A stretch of DNA of 64,000 nt from the NCBI GenBank assembly GCA_003344405.1, contig NOWV01000026.1:372001-436000 (forward strand). The letters run 5' to 3'. Positions 27,640-47,752 of the stretch are shown here, in pieces (position 1 is the stretch's first letter; every line of letters starts with the position of its first letter). Position numbers and translations under genes: made by a program. The notes beneath the pieces were generated by a model. That model was not told the origin of the DNA, did not search any database, and saw only the letters and a program-made list of their open reading frames with translations. This DNA comes from Trichoplax sp. H2. Lineage: Eukaryota.

Positions 27640-28809
27640 CGCCGTAGCTACTCTTTTAAGTAGTATATTTCGATTCTTTATTCCAATTATGATTCAGTTT
27701 TCCTGTTTTGTGTTATTATTGATCGAGTTTACTCGTATATCGACGGTTTCACTAGCTCATTTTCAAATGCTTTTGTAACAATTGAATGCTTGTTATGCGA
27801 ATATTATGGGGGAGGGGGAAAGTAAAGATGGTAAAGTATTCTTTGACTTACTATTATATTAATAGTATTAGTTCAAGTAGTGATAAAGCGTGTACCAATC
27901 CTAGGTTCTAATCGTCCAATAGTCTTTATGAAATTTACGTATGTAGTTCATTCACAATCTCTTATTTAAGGGGTTTGCTGACATGTTGCGTTCATCCATG
28001 GAGTAGTGATGGAGATTATAGAATAGAGTTCATCATCTGTTCAAAAAATATCCTCCTACACAAAGTCTTAAACAATTACATATATTTTTAGGGATGTGTA
28101 TCATTCATAAATGTACACATCACTACATGCGCCTGTAGGTAAATACTTGATTTTACTCTATAACTATATATTTTGTGTAGTAATTAGATACAATACTGCC
28201 TGTAGTTAATTTTTCAGATATGCATAGGTATGTGTCTGTATCGTATACTGTAATTGGTTACGATGCGACTGATCATAGACTTTAGTTTAGACCTTCTATT
28301 TTTCTATTCACTTTTCACCTTTGATGTTATTTCTGTGATTTCCTACAGTATAGCATTACACTGTATTATTTAACCTAATGCATAAAAGCCTTCAGAGCAT
28401 AGTCAGTAGCTTTCATTGGACAGTTTATGTATAGCAACTACTCACAGGTTTCGCTAATTTAGAATTCAGACATATCCAGACAATGTCAATTAGTTTCCAT
28501 GACAGCAGCAATTCTAGCTAGTTGGAAGGTTTTTGGCGGTTGCTATAGTAATGCTGACGCTGCATTGACGGTATATTCCATACAATATTGCTTACTGTGT
28601 ACTGTCTATAATTTCATTAGCGATATTACGGATATTATTTAATCTTTGTAACAATCTGGTAGCTTAGATACCACAAGGATAGATTACTTTGCGATACTAC
28701 GGTAACAGATCAGGAAGATCTTAACAAGTATCATTCTGAGACTTGTAATTATAATATCAAGAATATATACTTACTACACCAATCGCGATAATTGTAGCAG
28801 TGAAACAAG

Positions 28810-31637
28810 ATGACGGCAGTTGTAAGCGGAACTTTTGTCGGTACTTACAGAGAATCATATGAAACTAATCCATTACTGAAGAAGGTAAATTTATCCTTTG
28901 TATCAAGGAAATCAAACAGATTATAACAGATTTTTAGTGAGTCTTTGCCCTCTAGTAAATGGTATGAAATTTATGCTAAAGATTTAAGATAACTTTCAGT
29001 TCCTTTCTAGCAATTTAATTCCTAGTGTAATAACACGGCTTCATACTAATAGTAAGAATTAGTGAATATCAGTAAGTATTTTAGGTAAATAGCTTTGATT
29101 AATCCATACTTTGATAACCTGTAAGAATAATGAAAACGGAACAGTACGTATTTGTTCAATTAGCAATAGTACTTAAATTAATCATTATCGTCAAACACAG
29201 TAACATTGTTTCTAATCAGGAGGAATGCAGGTGCTTTTTTGTTGACATGAAATCGTTATACATATCGTTTTAAAAAGCATCCGAAAGAGCACGAAATTTT
29301 TTTCATGACATTTTATTAATTAGAACTCGATTGAAATTTTATTAGAACAAAATTTATGCTGTTAGAGTCACTTAAAATCAAGGCTAAATTAAAAAACATT
29401 ATGAATTTTATATGAGTTTGCGGCAAGTTTCCGAATATAATCAAGGCTTCATATTAAAGTATCGTTATAAACTGCATTGAAGAATGCAGCTGACATAGAA
29501 TCGATAACAATTTATTGTAAGCATATTTCTGATCATTTCCGATTATTGATAAGAGCGATAGATATTTTATAGATATTTTACTATTAGCTTTCATGTCTAT
29601 AACTGAAGCGCAAAGTACCGAAAATTTTAGTACACAAAAGTAATCGATTTTCTGTAAGATTAATTTGTATATGACGTTATATATCGTAAAGAATGCAAAT
29701 AGTGTTACCGCTCGGTTTGTAAATTATGTGTTGACTATAAATTAGTAAAATAACAAATTTAATCCCTACGGTTAGGAATACTCTCATAATATATAAAGTA
29801 TCACGAATTCTAATGTTGTTATCACCTTATAGAGCATATTCATAATCGATACGGGTTATAACTTTCTGTGGAGTACGACGACACAGTAAACCATTATATT
29901 TTAGTTTCTCTAATACAAAAATGAAAGAAATATTATTTGGAAGTTGATACTATTAATTTTCTGTTGCAAAATGTAATATCACATATCATAAATCTACGAT
30001 CTGCACTGCGTTCGTATATATGCTATATATACAATATTTGATGAGATATGACTAAAGTACGTATCGCATATGTGTGGTATTAAATTTAAGAGTTAAGTTC
30101 AAATTATTATAAGAATGAAATTTTACTTGAACATTGTTCAGATTTGCTATCACAGCCTTTAAACCTGCATGTATAATATTGTATTTATGAACAGTCTGAA
30201 TTAGGACGTCCATTAAATCGTGGCTTTACCCTGCCTGGCGATGATTTTGTTTACGGTGTGGCTAATCATGATAAAGGTGGCGGCGCTGCTCAGGGTAAAT
30301 TTATATAGGCATAAAACATGAATATTTCAAGAACTATCTGCTTTAATTTACATTTATTCTGGATGTATTATGGATTAAGTAAAAATTGATATATTTTACT
30401 TGTAATGAATAGCTATAATGCATTGGAATAAAGACTTAAATCATAAGACGAAATTGCCTGCTTTGAAGAAGAAAGAGCAGCAACCGAAAGATTTTATTAC
30501 GATGAATAAAGCTGCAACTCAATCTGGTATAACAACATCTAAGGAACAAGCAGAGTTTAGAGAAGTCAATGAAATTAGACTAAAGAAATCATACGAGAGG
30601 AGAGCTAAACAAGCTCATAGGATACCAGTAGAAGCAGTCTTCGGTCATCCCACAAGGTAGAACCACATGAATACATTGCATGATATTATAAATTCAAAAT
30701 TTTGATAAATTTTCTTAATCACTTGTATTCTTTCTATAAGGCCATCTACGCCAGTTTTTGATCTGTTGGAACATAAATATCAAGAGAAATGGATACAAGA
30801 AAAAAGACAGCATGAGCTTCATACCCGCGAGAAGAAGCAGCAAAAGGTTTGTCTACATAAAGCATCAGTTTTGTATGAGATGTATTTATATGATACCGTA
30901 CGTATTTGGTAAATGAATCAATGTAATAATAAGCATTGCCTAATAAATTCAGATGTTAAATGGCAAGATATATGAAACTAAGGCTTCTCTTCTACGGAAA
31001 TTTGAACCACCTGTACAACAAACTTCATTTTGGCATATGCCCAAATGGGAGAAGGTAAGCTAATCATAATTACACTTAAATCATGTGGTGCATTATAATC
31101 GTGGCTATGGGTGCTATCAAGGCTACTATTAGTTGTTTATATTGTCAAAGATGCAAAGTACTATATAATTTTATCGAATAAAATGTTTAGAATGAGGTAT
31201 GATACGGTATATCCAAACGCAAGTGTGTTATAGGAGCTTTACTTATTTATTAGTCTTGCATTTTTGAAAGTTAAACTGTTGAAAATCAGATCAATGTTGA
31301 GAAGATAAACTTTTTCCGGTATTACAATTGCAAACTTAAGTTAAAGAACTTAATAGATTGCGTAAAGTAGTCATGTATATAACGTATTATATAAACTATA
31401 ATTAAACGATGGTATTTAATACATGTATGTGCACATAACATTTCATCGGTAATCTAACGGATATTATCCTTACTGATAACCAAAAATTATTTCACACTAC
31501 GATAGGTTCCGGCACATTTAGAAACTTTTAGATCAGTTAAAGCACGCGAAGCATCATTTCAAAAGCTTTATCAGGATGGAACAGCTCGTAAAGGTATCTT
31601 TCATCATGGGGTATATGAGTTACCTAATGGCTGTTAA
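28810..31637 (+). CDS. CFAP77: Cilia- and flagella-associated protein 77. Exons 28810-28884, 30195-30294, 30413-30656, 30741-30846, 30953-31054, 31506-31637
   Basis: MTAVVSGTFVGTYRESYETNPLLKK-SELGRPLNRGFTLPGDDFVYG...KDFITMNKAATQSGITTSKE...FGHPTRPSTPVFDLLEHKYQEKW matches recalled CFAP77/C9orf171 motifs (NPLIVKAELGKP, RPSTPFFDLLQHRY). Splice sites are GT-AG. Confidence 0.9.
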
Positions 31638-33714
31638 TTAAATGTCAGGAAAGAACTTTTTAATGATAAATTCAATACAAGATATATTGTAATCAAAGTC
31701 ACAGCTTGTGTATGAACGCAGTTGCGTAAATAGAACTGTATATATATATATAAATCTCGCTCTCTCTTAGTGTATGTGAGTAAATACTGCTTTTGATTGA
31801 TTTTAGCTATACATGAGCTAGGTGGATGGTTAAAGCAATATTTTATAGTATCCGATATCATTAACGCAGTAATATACATGATTCGTAACTTATTTGCAGT
31901 AGATGTAAGACGGAATTATCGTCGATCTTGTAGCAGGGAGCTGACAACGTGTTTTAATTCACGATTGAAGTGTCCCGCATAGAAACATCGGCATTAAAAC
32001 TATAGTAATATACCGTGGCATCTGTTACGAAATTGAAATAGATTATTTTGGGTTACAATGTAAATTGGATAATTATTTTTTAAATTCTTGTGCCATGAGC
32101 ACGCGCATAAATTCCTTATTTTCATTAGCTAAAATTTTTTTATCTAGATTAGATCAATATAATAAAATGTTATTTACGCGATGTATTATTTCGTAAAAGT
32201 CATTAAACTGAAGACGATCCTATTTTATCAATTTGATACAATACTGAACACATCAAGCAAAGTAAAATAATTTCTTGCGTCTAGTAATGACTTCAGAGGT
32301 AATCTATCTTAATTAAATTCCGTGCTGGTACATTTCTATTGCGTAGGTGAATTTTTCAGTATACTGAAATTATTGAGATTCATCGTCCATACACGATCGA
32401 ATATACAGTAACAGTTATGCAAGATTTATCATAAGAGGATATTTACCTCTTCTAGAACAATCAATAAACAACGACTATAAATTCACACTCAGCGCCTATT
32501 ATAGTTGTAATAGCAATAAAGGCAAACTATTGAAAAGGCCAACGAGTAACGTAGTCAAAGCCAATTCTGTATGATCAGATATTGCAGTTTTAGAGCTTCA
32601 GTACCTATTATTTAGTCCCACACAGCACAATTGGCAATAGTAATGTAATTAGTAACTAAAAATAGAAAACTACTATCTTACAGTCTACAGTCAGAGCTAG
32701 CCATAGATTTTTTCATTAAGCGTTCTAAGTATTTACGTTATCAATAATGCAAATGTTCTACCTCATTAGAATGTATCCCTTGATTACACGAATAGGTTAT
32801 TGTACTTTTAGACGCATGGAGGACTTGCAAAATAGCCAGCATTGTTCTTACGAAATCCTCGGGTGCCGTATTACCGTATTGTTAAACATGGAATAAGCTC
32901 ATGGTTGCCCATTATTCAGAAAAGATAGGGATTATTGCTTATTTCAATCATGCTCTACTAAATTTTACTTGCCGTGCAAATATGCAATATCTTCGAACAT
33001 AGTATGGATCGCAATTGCTACTTAAACCCACTAATACGGCAGTTGTCTTGCTTGACTCAAAGTACGAGTAAATAAAGTTTATAGCATGTAGAGAAAAAGT
33101 TTATTTACTTTATATAATTGTTCGGGAAGTCTACAAATTTTAAAAATTAATTTATCCTGATGGTATAATACACCGTATAGAACCTAGTTCCATCTCAATC
33201 ATATCATATCAAATATTATACAGTCAATATTTACAATCAATTTCGTAGTGAGAATTAACCAACTGTAATGATTGACTCCGGAATCTGGACATTTCTACGT
33301 GGCAATATTTGTGCTCATTGCATCAGCAGTATTATATATGTATATGACTGTACATAAACATCATCAATTAACAATTATGTAAACACCTTTCGTATACATT
33401 GAGTACTCTAGTGATAACTAAATACTGTTTGGCATTCACTGCGAAATAGCGATTACTTTCGCAATGGTTAAAGGCATCTAAATACTAGCGAAACAAATAT
33501 TCTAGAAGTTGCAACCATTCCCAATAAGACCTTTTACGAAGATTAATTAAAAGTAAAAGAACTTTGTAATATTGTGTGGAATATTTGCGATGCTGTTATA
33601 TTAATAACAGCGACAATTTTTAGTAAGATATATCCCAATTTGTAAGATAAGTTTCCAATTACTGCAACACAGCCACTAATAATTATATCAATCCACGCTA
33701 ACAACATTCTAAGC

Positions 33715-38700
<4,986 letters not shown>

Positions 38701-38759
38701 GATGATTTCGGTAGGTATCTTTCCTTTTCTACAGCAACACCGTGGCACTTTGCTGTGGC

Positions 38760-39110
38760 TGAACGTACTGTTCTTTGTACAGTGTACAGTGTACAGTACA
38801 GTCGCCAACTTCTACAGTGTACAGTACACAAGTGGTCTTGTTCTGAGTACTGTACACTGTAGTTAAATTACTACAGTACATTACTCTACTGTACAGTACA
38901 GTGTACTGAACTGTACACTACTGTACACTGTACACTACATTGGGAGTCTACTGTACAGTAGATGACGTAATTACTACTTAATATATAATTAATTAATTAA
39001 TCATCGTACAGGACACTACAGTATCATTGACCTGTACAGTACAGTACTGTACACTGTAGAGTCTACAGTACTGTACAGTACACTGTAGTGTACAGTACTG
39101 TACTGTACAG
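38760..39110. promoter_or_regulatory. TACAG/CTGTA pentamer array immediately upstream of the GPR107 start
   Basis: Repeated GTACAGT/ACTGTAC words beginning ~60 bp upstream of the ATG at 38700. Confidence 0.6.
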
Positions 39111-41056
39111 CAGGGACCTTCATCTGTATTTTTTGGGGATGCCGATCCCAAGAAAGTTCAAGCTGAAATTTTGACTCAATTAGTCGACTGTACTGTACAA
39201 TAGAATTCCCTAGGATTCTAGAGGTTCATGACTATAAAACATTCTTATGGGTAATCATTGTGACTTCGTTATGAATTTGAGAAACAATGGACAATATTAT
39301 TTTGCGCAGTACTATCATGCATCACAAAAATACTCGTGTTCAAGTGCTGGCCAAAATGGCTAATTAATTATATGTTGAAGTGATCGATGACATACGGTAT
39401 ATGTCAATAATTGTAATAGCTGGTATGCCCGGCGTTGCCCTAAACGGACTTAGAAGTTGATCGCGTATACTTTCTAACGTATATCTGCAGCTCCTTAAAT
39501 GAATTTGAGCTCGGATGATTTAGAGGATGATATAGTGAATATACACTCACTACTTAATTATACGCTTATGTATAAAAATACACAGTGCAATGTAATTATA
39601 GAATAATTTTTTGGATTTAAGTAATGAGATTGTTCGAAACTGTAAACATGATAAGCTAGGTACTCCATTTATGTCTATAGACGACTTGTATTTTATGCGT
39701 TTATCCATCATATATTATACCGGTAAACAGATATAAATGAATGTCAGCATTTTAGTAATGGCTGTTTGCATCAGTATACTTGGCAGTTACTATTGCCAAT
39801 GCCGAGCAAGTTATATTATATTAATCAAAATCGCAGTCGTCAATACTTTGTATGTCCAGTGTAGGTATAACTTAGCGATAATAGGCAATAGAACTAACTT
39901 TAGATTAATTAGCTGGACAACTGAGTAAAGCAGGATCAGTCATCAGTGTCAGTAAAATTTTGAATTACATTATTTCTATATACTGTATTTGTCCTATTCT
40001 TAATTATGACTTAAACATAATAATTCAGGACGGATTGCGCATATTTTTAAACTAATTCGCTGGTATGAATCTGAATGTTGGTGATCTGATATACGGCATT
40101 TCTATTTTATTCTAATAATTAGAAATAGACCTTTACATCATATTTCAACTTTTGAATGATCCCTACTAACAAATCGTAAAGTTTTGCGATCGAGAATTAA
40201 TTACAGCAGATTGGTTTCGTTTCACTAATAGTAACAATGAAATTTGATAATTCCAACTGGTTGCATGACTTCGTATAGATATCAAACTTTGGCTACTGAC
40301 TGGGTGAATGGATCTCATTCTAAAAGTATGCATTTATTTACAGTCAACAAGCTTTGTTAACCATATAGCTAAGATAATCTAAAGACTAAATCGAAATAAT
40401 GATACATATCGTAGTTGTTGCAACCGCCTCTAATCAGCATTCGTTAACATCTTCCACCTAATAAAGTGACGATATCATCTTAAACTACGAAGGCATTAAA
40501 TATTTCAATACAACTGCATGCTTTAGCCTAAATGGCAATTGCAGCTATTCAATGAATGAGATTAAAGTCAAAAACTGCGCCCAATATTTCGTCAATTATT
40601 TATCTTAATAAAGTACATGCACTCCGCAATCAGTTATATATGCATATGAAGGCTAGTATTGCAGGTAAAAAAATTTAAGAAGTTATAATACTCATAATTT
40701 ACAACTGATAAACAATGAGAAATAAGAATCAATTTCAGACTTGTCGTACTATCTACAATTTTCATTGTTTGATGTGCAGGCCTGATAGTCTAGACTGCAT
40801 AAATAATTACAGAATTTACTAGATAACATAACTGGAGACTTTAAAATTTGTATGACACTGCCAAATACAAATGCACTATAATCAGAATACTTTGCCAGCT
40901 ATGGTTCAAAAGTAAATAAAATATTTAATGTATTTAAGTTGCATCAGTTTATGGGATCGCAACTGCTTTATTATGCATTTCCTGTCCTGGCGGATTTTTA
41001 AGGGTATAATAATGAGAGGAAAAGACTACATAAACTTTAAATTTTAATACATAGTT

Positions 41057-42992
41057 TTATGCATTTTCTGCTATCGGATTAGCGTGAATCGTAATTTTTC
41101 TTATATGAATATTTCGGAGGGGCCGATAAGATTTTTCGTCGACTGGAATCTTCTCAAGATCATCAAGTATTTCAAATCCATCAATTACCCTGTCGAAATT
41201 AAATATTAATAATAATATATCAGAAAATTAATAAAAGCTATTGTTTTATAAATGGTCTCAAAAGTATCAAATAGATAAACTACATTGCACACCGCATATA
41301 GATTTGATAAAACAGCAAAGTAGTACAGTAATTACCTCATAATTTTCATCTACCAGCAACATTCTATAGTAATTATGCAATTTATTATACTCCTGAACAT
41401 ACAGTATGAGTAACTGTAACTATTACGTTGTACTTACTTTCCAAAAATTGTGTATTTGTTATCCAAATGCGATTGCTTTGCATAGGTGATAAAAAATTGA
41501 GATCCATTCGTGTTTGGTCCACTATTTGCCATTGAAACCATACCTCTTCTACTGTGCTATAACATAAAAAGATGCCGATGTAGTTTCTAATACATAACTA
41601 ATTCTTAATGAATTTTTTGTTCCAGACGTAGATAAGGGCTTATACCTTGACAGCATCATTAAATTCGTCTTCGAATTTTCTACCCCAAATGCTATTACCA
41701 CCTTTTCCGGTTCCTGCATCATCATACCCATATTCATTTATGAATTAAGATTAATACTACAGCTACAGTATAACTGCTAGAATGAATCTGCTATCTTTAT
41801 ATAGTGCGTGAAGGATATGGGTAATTAATTACATACGTACAGTTGAATGATTACACAGGTATTAAACAAATTACTGATACACATCATAAAGCAGTAGAAA
41901 TATCATATTGTTTAGCAATTCAACCTGTAGGATCTCCGGCTTGTACCATAAATCCTGGAATATTTCTATTGTAGTATGATGATACAAGATCAAGTTGTAA
42001 GTAAACCGACCCAATTTCTTTAGGTATACAAGTATGAATATACGACAACTAATCACTAGTATAAGTTAGTAAAGTTGCTTAGTATACGTTGCAATAAAAA
42101 CAGTACATTAAGATCAATAATTGGCCATTCAATTGATTTGCATTATGATCCTAGTAAACGGGACTTGATAAAAATCTGTAATCATTGTATTATACTGTAC
42201 TAATTTACGTTGCACCGAACTAGAAGGTTTGATATAATCTAATGTTTTCCATTATACTATGACGAAGTGCAATATTGAACATATAAACTATTAGCCCGTT
42301 AGTAATTGAGAAATTTAAAAACTGTTCAGAAATGTAATTGAATACCACATTCGTATCATGTGTAACTAATTAATTTCGTATATCATCAACAGCTAAAGTG
42401 CTCTTTAAACGGAACTCCTCGTAATGTACTTATCATGGCTATCATGTAATACGGTAAATTAAAATTTATATAATGGCACTCTTCAAGGTTGCTAATATAG
42501 CTAATTTATCAAGGCAGTGTAGCATGATTATAGAATGAACTTACCTATGAAACTGGCAATCATCATAGTAATTACTAGCACACAAAGCTAAAAAGTTCTA
42601 CAAGAGAATATTCATTCAAGTTACAGTCAAAACTATTGCAGAACTCCTTTAATCAGAAATTATCCAATAGTTGATATGATATCGCCCGGTACCTCACAAG
42701 CTTTTGGGCATTCGTCACAAAATAATTCAATCTTCAAATCTCCTAGGTCAGTATGCAGTGTAACAGACTGCAAGAAAGATTTCTATTAGAATTTGAGCAA
42801 GTTCCGTTTTGCTTTTGTCATAATGTATAAGTTGTGATATCTCAATTTATCCAATCGCTCAATTATATTTGTATAATTAATATGTAAGTCTTATCAATTT
42901 TACAGCTAGTAAATTAGTTAATGATTCAATATGGTTACTAGTTGCAAGAACGCGTATGCTCGAATTTCTATTGTATACTGTGAACTAACCAT
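41057..42992 (-). CDS. PPIL3: Cyclophilin-type peptidyl-prolyl isomerase-like 3; the first coding exon contributes only the ATG (42990-42992)
   Basis: [143 protein letters not shown]...[12 protein letters not shown]. Confidence 0.95.
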
Positions 42993-43259
42993 TTTATATA
43001 TCGTACTTTAACCGTATATCGTGCTTTGCATTCTTCGTAGAGAAATTCTTTTAATTGATTGATTGTACAGGAAGTTTCAAGCCCCTTAGCGTAAGTGTCG
43101 TATTTTGAAATACTAGCGGTCTGGTTTTTGCACAGTGATTAGCAACTTTGTTCCTGTTGAATATATTAATTCCTCAAGGACAAAGTATTAAATTTGCAAA
43201 AGCGGGATTTATTGAGTGAGCGAGTGATATTGAGCTTGAGGATATTATATCATGAACGG

Positions 43260-43503
43260 CAGCAGTACTGTACACCGCTGAGTATGCAGCAAACACAGTA
43301 CTGTAAGTACTGTGCAGTACAGTGTACAGTTTACAGTACAGTACAGTATAGTACAGTACTGTACACTGTACAGTACAGCATGATATACTGTACTGTACTG
43401 TAATAAGTCATTCGGTACTGTAACCCAGAGGTCTGCAAGGACTGATGAACTATTATTTTTAGTGTAACTGCATCAATCCCCCCCCCCCCTCCCCTCCCAT
43501 AAT
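43260..43503. promoter_or_regulatory. Putative bidirectional promoter PPIL3/KYAT: (TACAG)n then (CTGTA)n array plus a poly-C tract
   Basis: Lies between divergent genes. A likely non-coding KYAT first exon ends at CAG|GTAAGT (43557). Confidence 0.6.
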
Positions 43504-44356
43504 CTAGAACCTGAGAATTGGTGCGATTTCGCTGTCAACGTTGGCTTCTGACTTCAGGTAAGTGCATCATGTAGACTGTAATGAAATTATCGAATATTTT
43601 GCTATATTGCTGCAGTATTATAGTAGTAGCGCTGTTTTGATTGCTAGTAAATGTTGTTATGGGAAGTTAAAATTGATAGATTTTCGTATATTGTTACTGT
43701 CTGCATAAACGTACGGTAAACACCTCCATTGCGTACTATTTGTAAGCGTAAAATATCAACACCAGCAGCTGTATCACTAGGGGAATGCACTGTATACCAG
43801 CAATGTCTACCAAATAATATCATAGTAACCATATCAGTACATTTGCTCAGAGTACTGTAGCAAATTTGGTAAAGCTTTCTTGCTGTTTAAAATATTTCTA
43901 TAGTGTCTCGTGCTGTCTTCAATTACACTCTAGTATTAACATAGTGTATACTTGTTTACAAGTGCAAAACCGAAGAGCTACAATAACTGAAAATTACAGA
44001 ATTAGCCGTAACGATACGACATTAACTTTTTTATGTGTTATATACTACTGCTATTTCTCGCTTAACTGTTCAGACTGAAATTTTGAGAACGGCTATTGGA
44101 AAGTATTATATAATGTTGCCTTGCAATACCCCAATACCTACCTATTTACTATGATGTAGGAAAGAACTGAAATCTGTTTTCCTTCAATTAATTTTTCTTT
44201 GAAATAGAATCAATCTATGGTAACCAGCATTTTCTAGTGTTGGATATATTTTTGGGTAACTTGTTGATATTTTTGAGTATTTTAACAGTCAATACAGTAA
44301 TATTGCATTTGGGATTAACATGAATTTCAGTAGGTTAATTTTAAAGTTTTCTAAAA

Positions 44357-47300
44357 ATGGAATCCAGTACTTCCAAATTAATCGGTGCAAGAAGGTTGGA
44401 AGGGATGTATGAAAATGTCTGGTGAGTTAGCTCACATAAATTTATGGTGCTAAGCTGTAATGCCATGCTTATGATTGTGTAACTGCTCGTGTATACGCTA
44501 CGTTACCGGTTACTCTACTCAGTCAGAAAATATATATATTAATACAATTAGAATACTATATTTTTGTAACATTACCTTGAGCTGCGGTAATTAAGCATGT
44601 GTTGAAAGAAATTACGTTAGTGATGCTAAATATCCATAGGAAAGGACTTTATTGTACTCGAACATGGTCCTGTATAGGGATTTTATTGCCTGATTGTTAG
44701 GCATTCTATTAAAATGTGTGCTATAAATACTTAGGGCTCAATTTAAGTGATAAAACGGCAATTTCATAGCATTTTGTAACGGTGCACAAATTTGTTTTAT
44801 TAGTAAACATGTAAATAGGAGCTATATCTTTGTCTAGCAGAATATGTAACAGACTATTTATGTTCGCTACTGGGTCCAATTTTACCAATGTTAGCAAATA
44901 GTATTAAACAGTAGGTAAATACTCTTATATTACAGGGTAGAATTTGCCGGATTAGCCAGACAGTACCAGCCAGTTAATTTAGGCCAGGTAAGTTCGTATA
45001 TGTTCGTGGCCTTCATATATTAAATATTTAATGCGAACATGTGGTTATCAAATTCTAATCACATCGACAAGATGTAAGATCATTACCTAGAAATTACTAA
45101 GTTTAGCAGTAACTACACCTATTGTTTTCGTGAACGTGTTTTCATAGTTTTAGTGATCTAACAGCTATTTTGTATGAGAGTGTAATATTTAATGGACAAT
45201 TTATCAACTACCTACAATTTATTAAGGTATATCATCAGGAATCGAATATACAATTCAACATTACCGAATATAGAAGTTTTCATCTTGAAATCTGCTTCAA
45301 ATCTTACTATAATTCATAATATAATTGATATTTTATTTCTGAATTACCATGGAGAGTCTGCATGGTTATTTGGAACAAATAATAGCAATTATTGTAAGAG
45401 GTTATTGTGAAAGCGCTATATAGTGGACATAAACAATACTGTCGTACGTGATATATGCAAAATGAAAAGCTCCTAATTCGGATCCAACATTATAACTGTG
45501 ATATTCTGTGTTCTGATAAGATACATGAATCTTGTGCTTTAGGGCTTTCCAGATCTTCCTGTCCCTCCCTTTCTGAGAGACTCCATGATGAAAGCTATAC
45601 AAAGTAGTGACATGAACCATCAATATACCCGTGGTTGGGTAAGTGCGAAGAAATGCTGGCGACTATATCAATGAACCAATCCTTTGACATTAGATTATTT
45701 AATAATTTTAAAGGGCCATCCAAAGCTTATTAATGCTCTTGCTAAGCTGTATGGACCTTTACTTGGGCGTAAATTAGATCCAGAATCTGAGGTGAGTCAC
45801 TTACATTGGTCTAGACTGTAAGATATGGTTGCAATTTGATTGTGTTTATCGAATGTTACGTGATATAGATTCTAGTTACCGTTGGAGCGTATGAGTCACT
45901 TTATTGCTGTGCTATGGGACTTATTAATGAAGGAGATGAGGTATATCAATACAGAATTTGGATAATCAATGAAATCGTTTTCAGTACTTGATATGACGCT
46001 TTAGTTCAGTAAATTATTTGACAACATGTTGAAAATCGCTTACATAAATATATAGGTTATTCTTATTGAACCTTTCTTTGATTGTTACGTTCCATTTGCT
46101 AAAATGGCTGGTGCAAAAACAGTCTGTGTCTCGTTAAGAGCGGTAATACACTATAGAGCTCCTTATTGTTGCCATTGAATTGCCTGTGAATTGAATTATA
46201 TCCATTCTTCGGTTGATAGAAGGAAGATGCAAAATCTTCAGCTGACTTTTGCTGGGATGAGAATGAAATAAGGAATGCTTTTAATGCTAAGACTAAGTGC
46301 ATCCTTCTTAATACTCCTCATAATCCTACTGGAAAGGTAATTGATTGTATTACAGTATATAGTAAGCTATGAAACGTCATCGAATATTATGTATTAGCTA
46401 CATTACGAATTTGTCATGTTACGCACTAGGTGTTCTCAAGGAAAGAGTTAGAGTTGATTGCTGAGCTATGTATTAAACATGACGTGATTTGTATTACGGA
46501 TGAAGTTTATGAATGGTTGATTTACTCTGGCTCTGAACATACCAGGATAGGTTAATTCTGTATGCAACTGCATGAATTTTAAAATTTTAAGGCTTTTGAC
46601 TATCAGTAATTTCTTGTAGCAACACTTCCTGGAATGTATGATCGAACAATAACAGTTGGCAGTGCGGGTAAAACTTTCAGTGTCACCGGATGGAAAGTAA
46701 ACAAAAAGCAATAAAGTTGATCGTTTATCTGTTATTTCGAAAGTTTTAGCAATTAATTTATATTATTTTAACAGGTCGGCTGGTCGATGGGCCCGTCGAA
46801 TTTGATCAAACATTTACGAGTTGTTCATACGAATAGTATATATCATTGTTCAACAATAACTCAGGTACATTAAGGCTGCTGTTAGTTTAACCTTGTTAGT
46901 GCCACTTTGGTTTTATTAAATAAATCATGCTTCTAAATGAAATTTAAAAATCAGGAAGCCGTTGCTAATGCAATAGAGACTGAAAGCGAAAGGCTAGGAG
47001 ATAAAAATTGTTACTTTCGTCAGTTGCCTAAAATGTTGGAGAGAAAACGTGATAAAATGGCCGTTCTCTTAAAATCTATCGGTGTTGTACCTATTATTCC
47101 TGAAGGTGGTTATTTTATGATGGCAGACGTGTCACCACTCGGTATAGTACTATAACTTAAAATCCACAACTACCGAAATAATCAAGTGCAGTTAGCTATT
47201 ATTCGCTGTGATTTACGGAGGACTGCTTTAATAATTATAATGTATAATGCTAGCGACTAACATAATGTAGGTATTAAATTTAACGATGGAGACGATACAT

Positions 47301-47752
47301 CGCCGTACGATTACAAGTTTTCACGGTGGCTAATTAAACAAAAGGTATTGCAGCTTACAGTTAGTATTAAAAGATTATAAATCCTATCAACAAAAAATTT
47401 ATCACCTCTCAGCTTATGTTTATGCCCAAATTACTTTTAATGCTTCTGCTTTAGGGAATCGCTTGCATCCCACCCAGCGCTTTTTATTCCAAGGAACATA
47501 AGGATCTTTCAAAGAAATTTATTCGATTTTGTTTCATAAAGGTACAGACAAGTGATTAATTTATTTTAGATTGATTTTATTTTTTCTCTTCTAACTAAGC
47601 TACGAATTTCTTGCTTGCTCTAACTAGCTTCAGAGTTGCGTCCAAAATTCATTAATAGTGAATGTTTTTTGTACTTTTACTGATAGAATGACACAACGAT
47701 GACGATGGCGGAAGAAAAATTTAACGAATGGGCCCGATCTTTAAAGAAATAA
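44357..47752 (+). CDS. KYAT1: Kynurenine aminotransferase / cysteine-S-conjugate beta-lyase (KYAT1/KYAT3 family), multi-exon
   Basis: [78 protein letters not shown]-lysine motif [45 protein letters not shown] 47750-47752. KYAT1 and KYAT3 cannot be distinguished. Confidence 0.92.

Noticed and set aside
32560..33700. Exon-like fragments on the minus strand downstream of GPR107
   Set aside because: They could not be joined into a stop-free frame with any recognisable motif.
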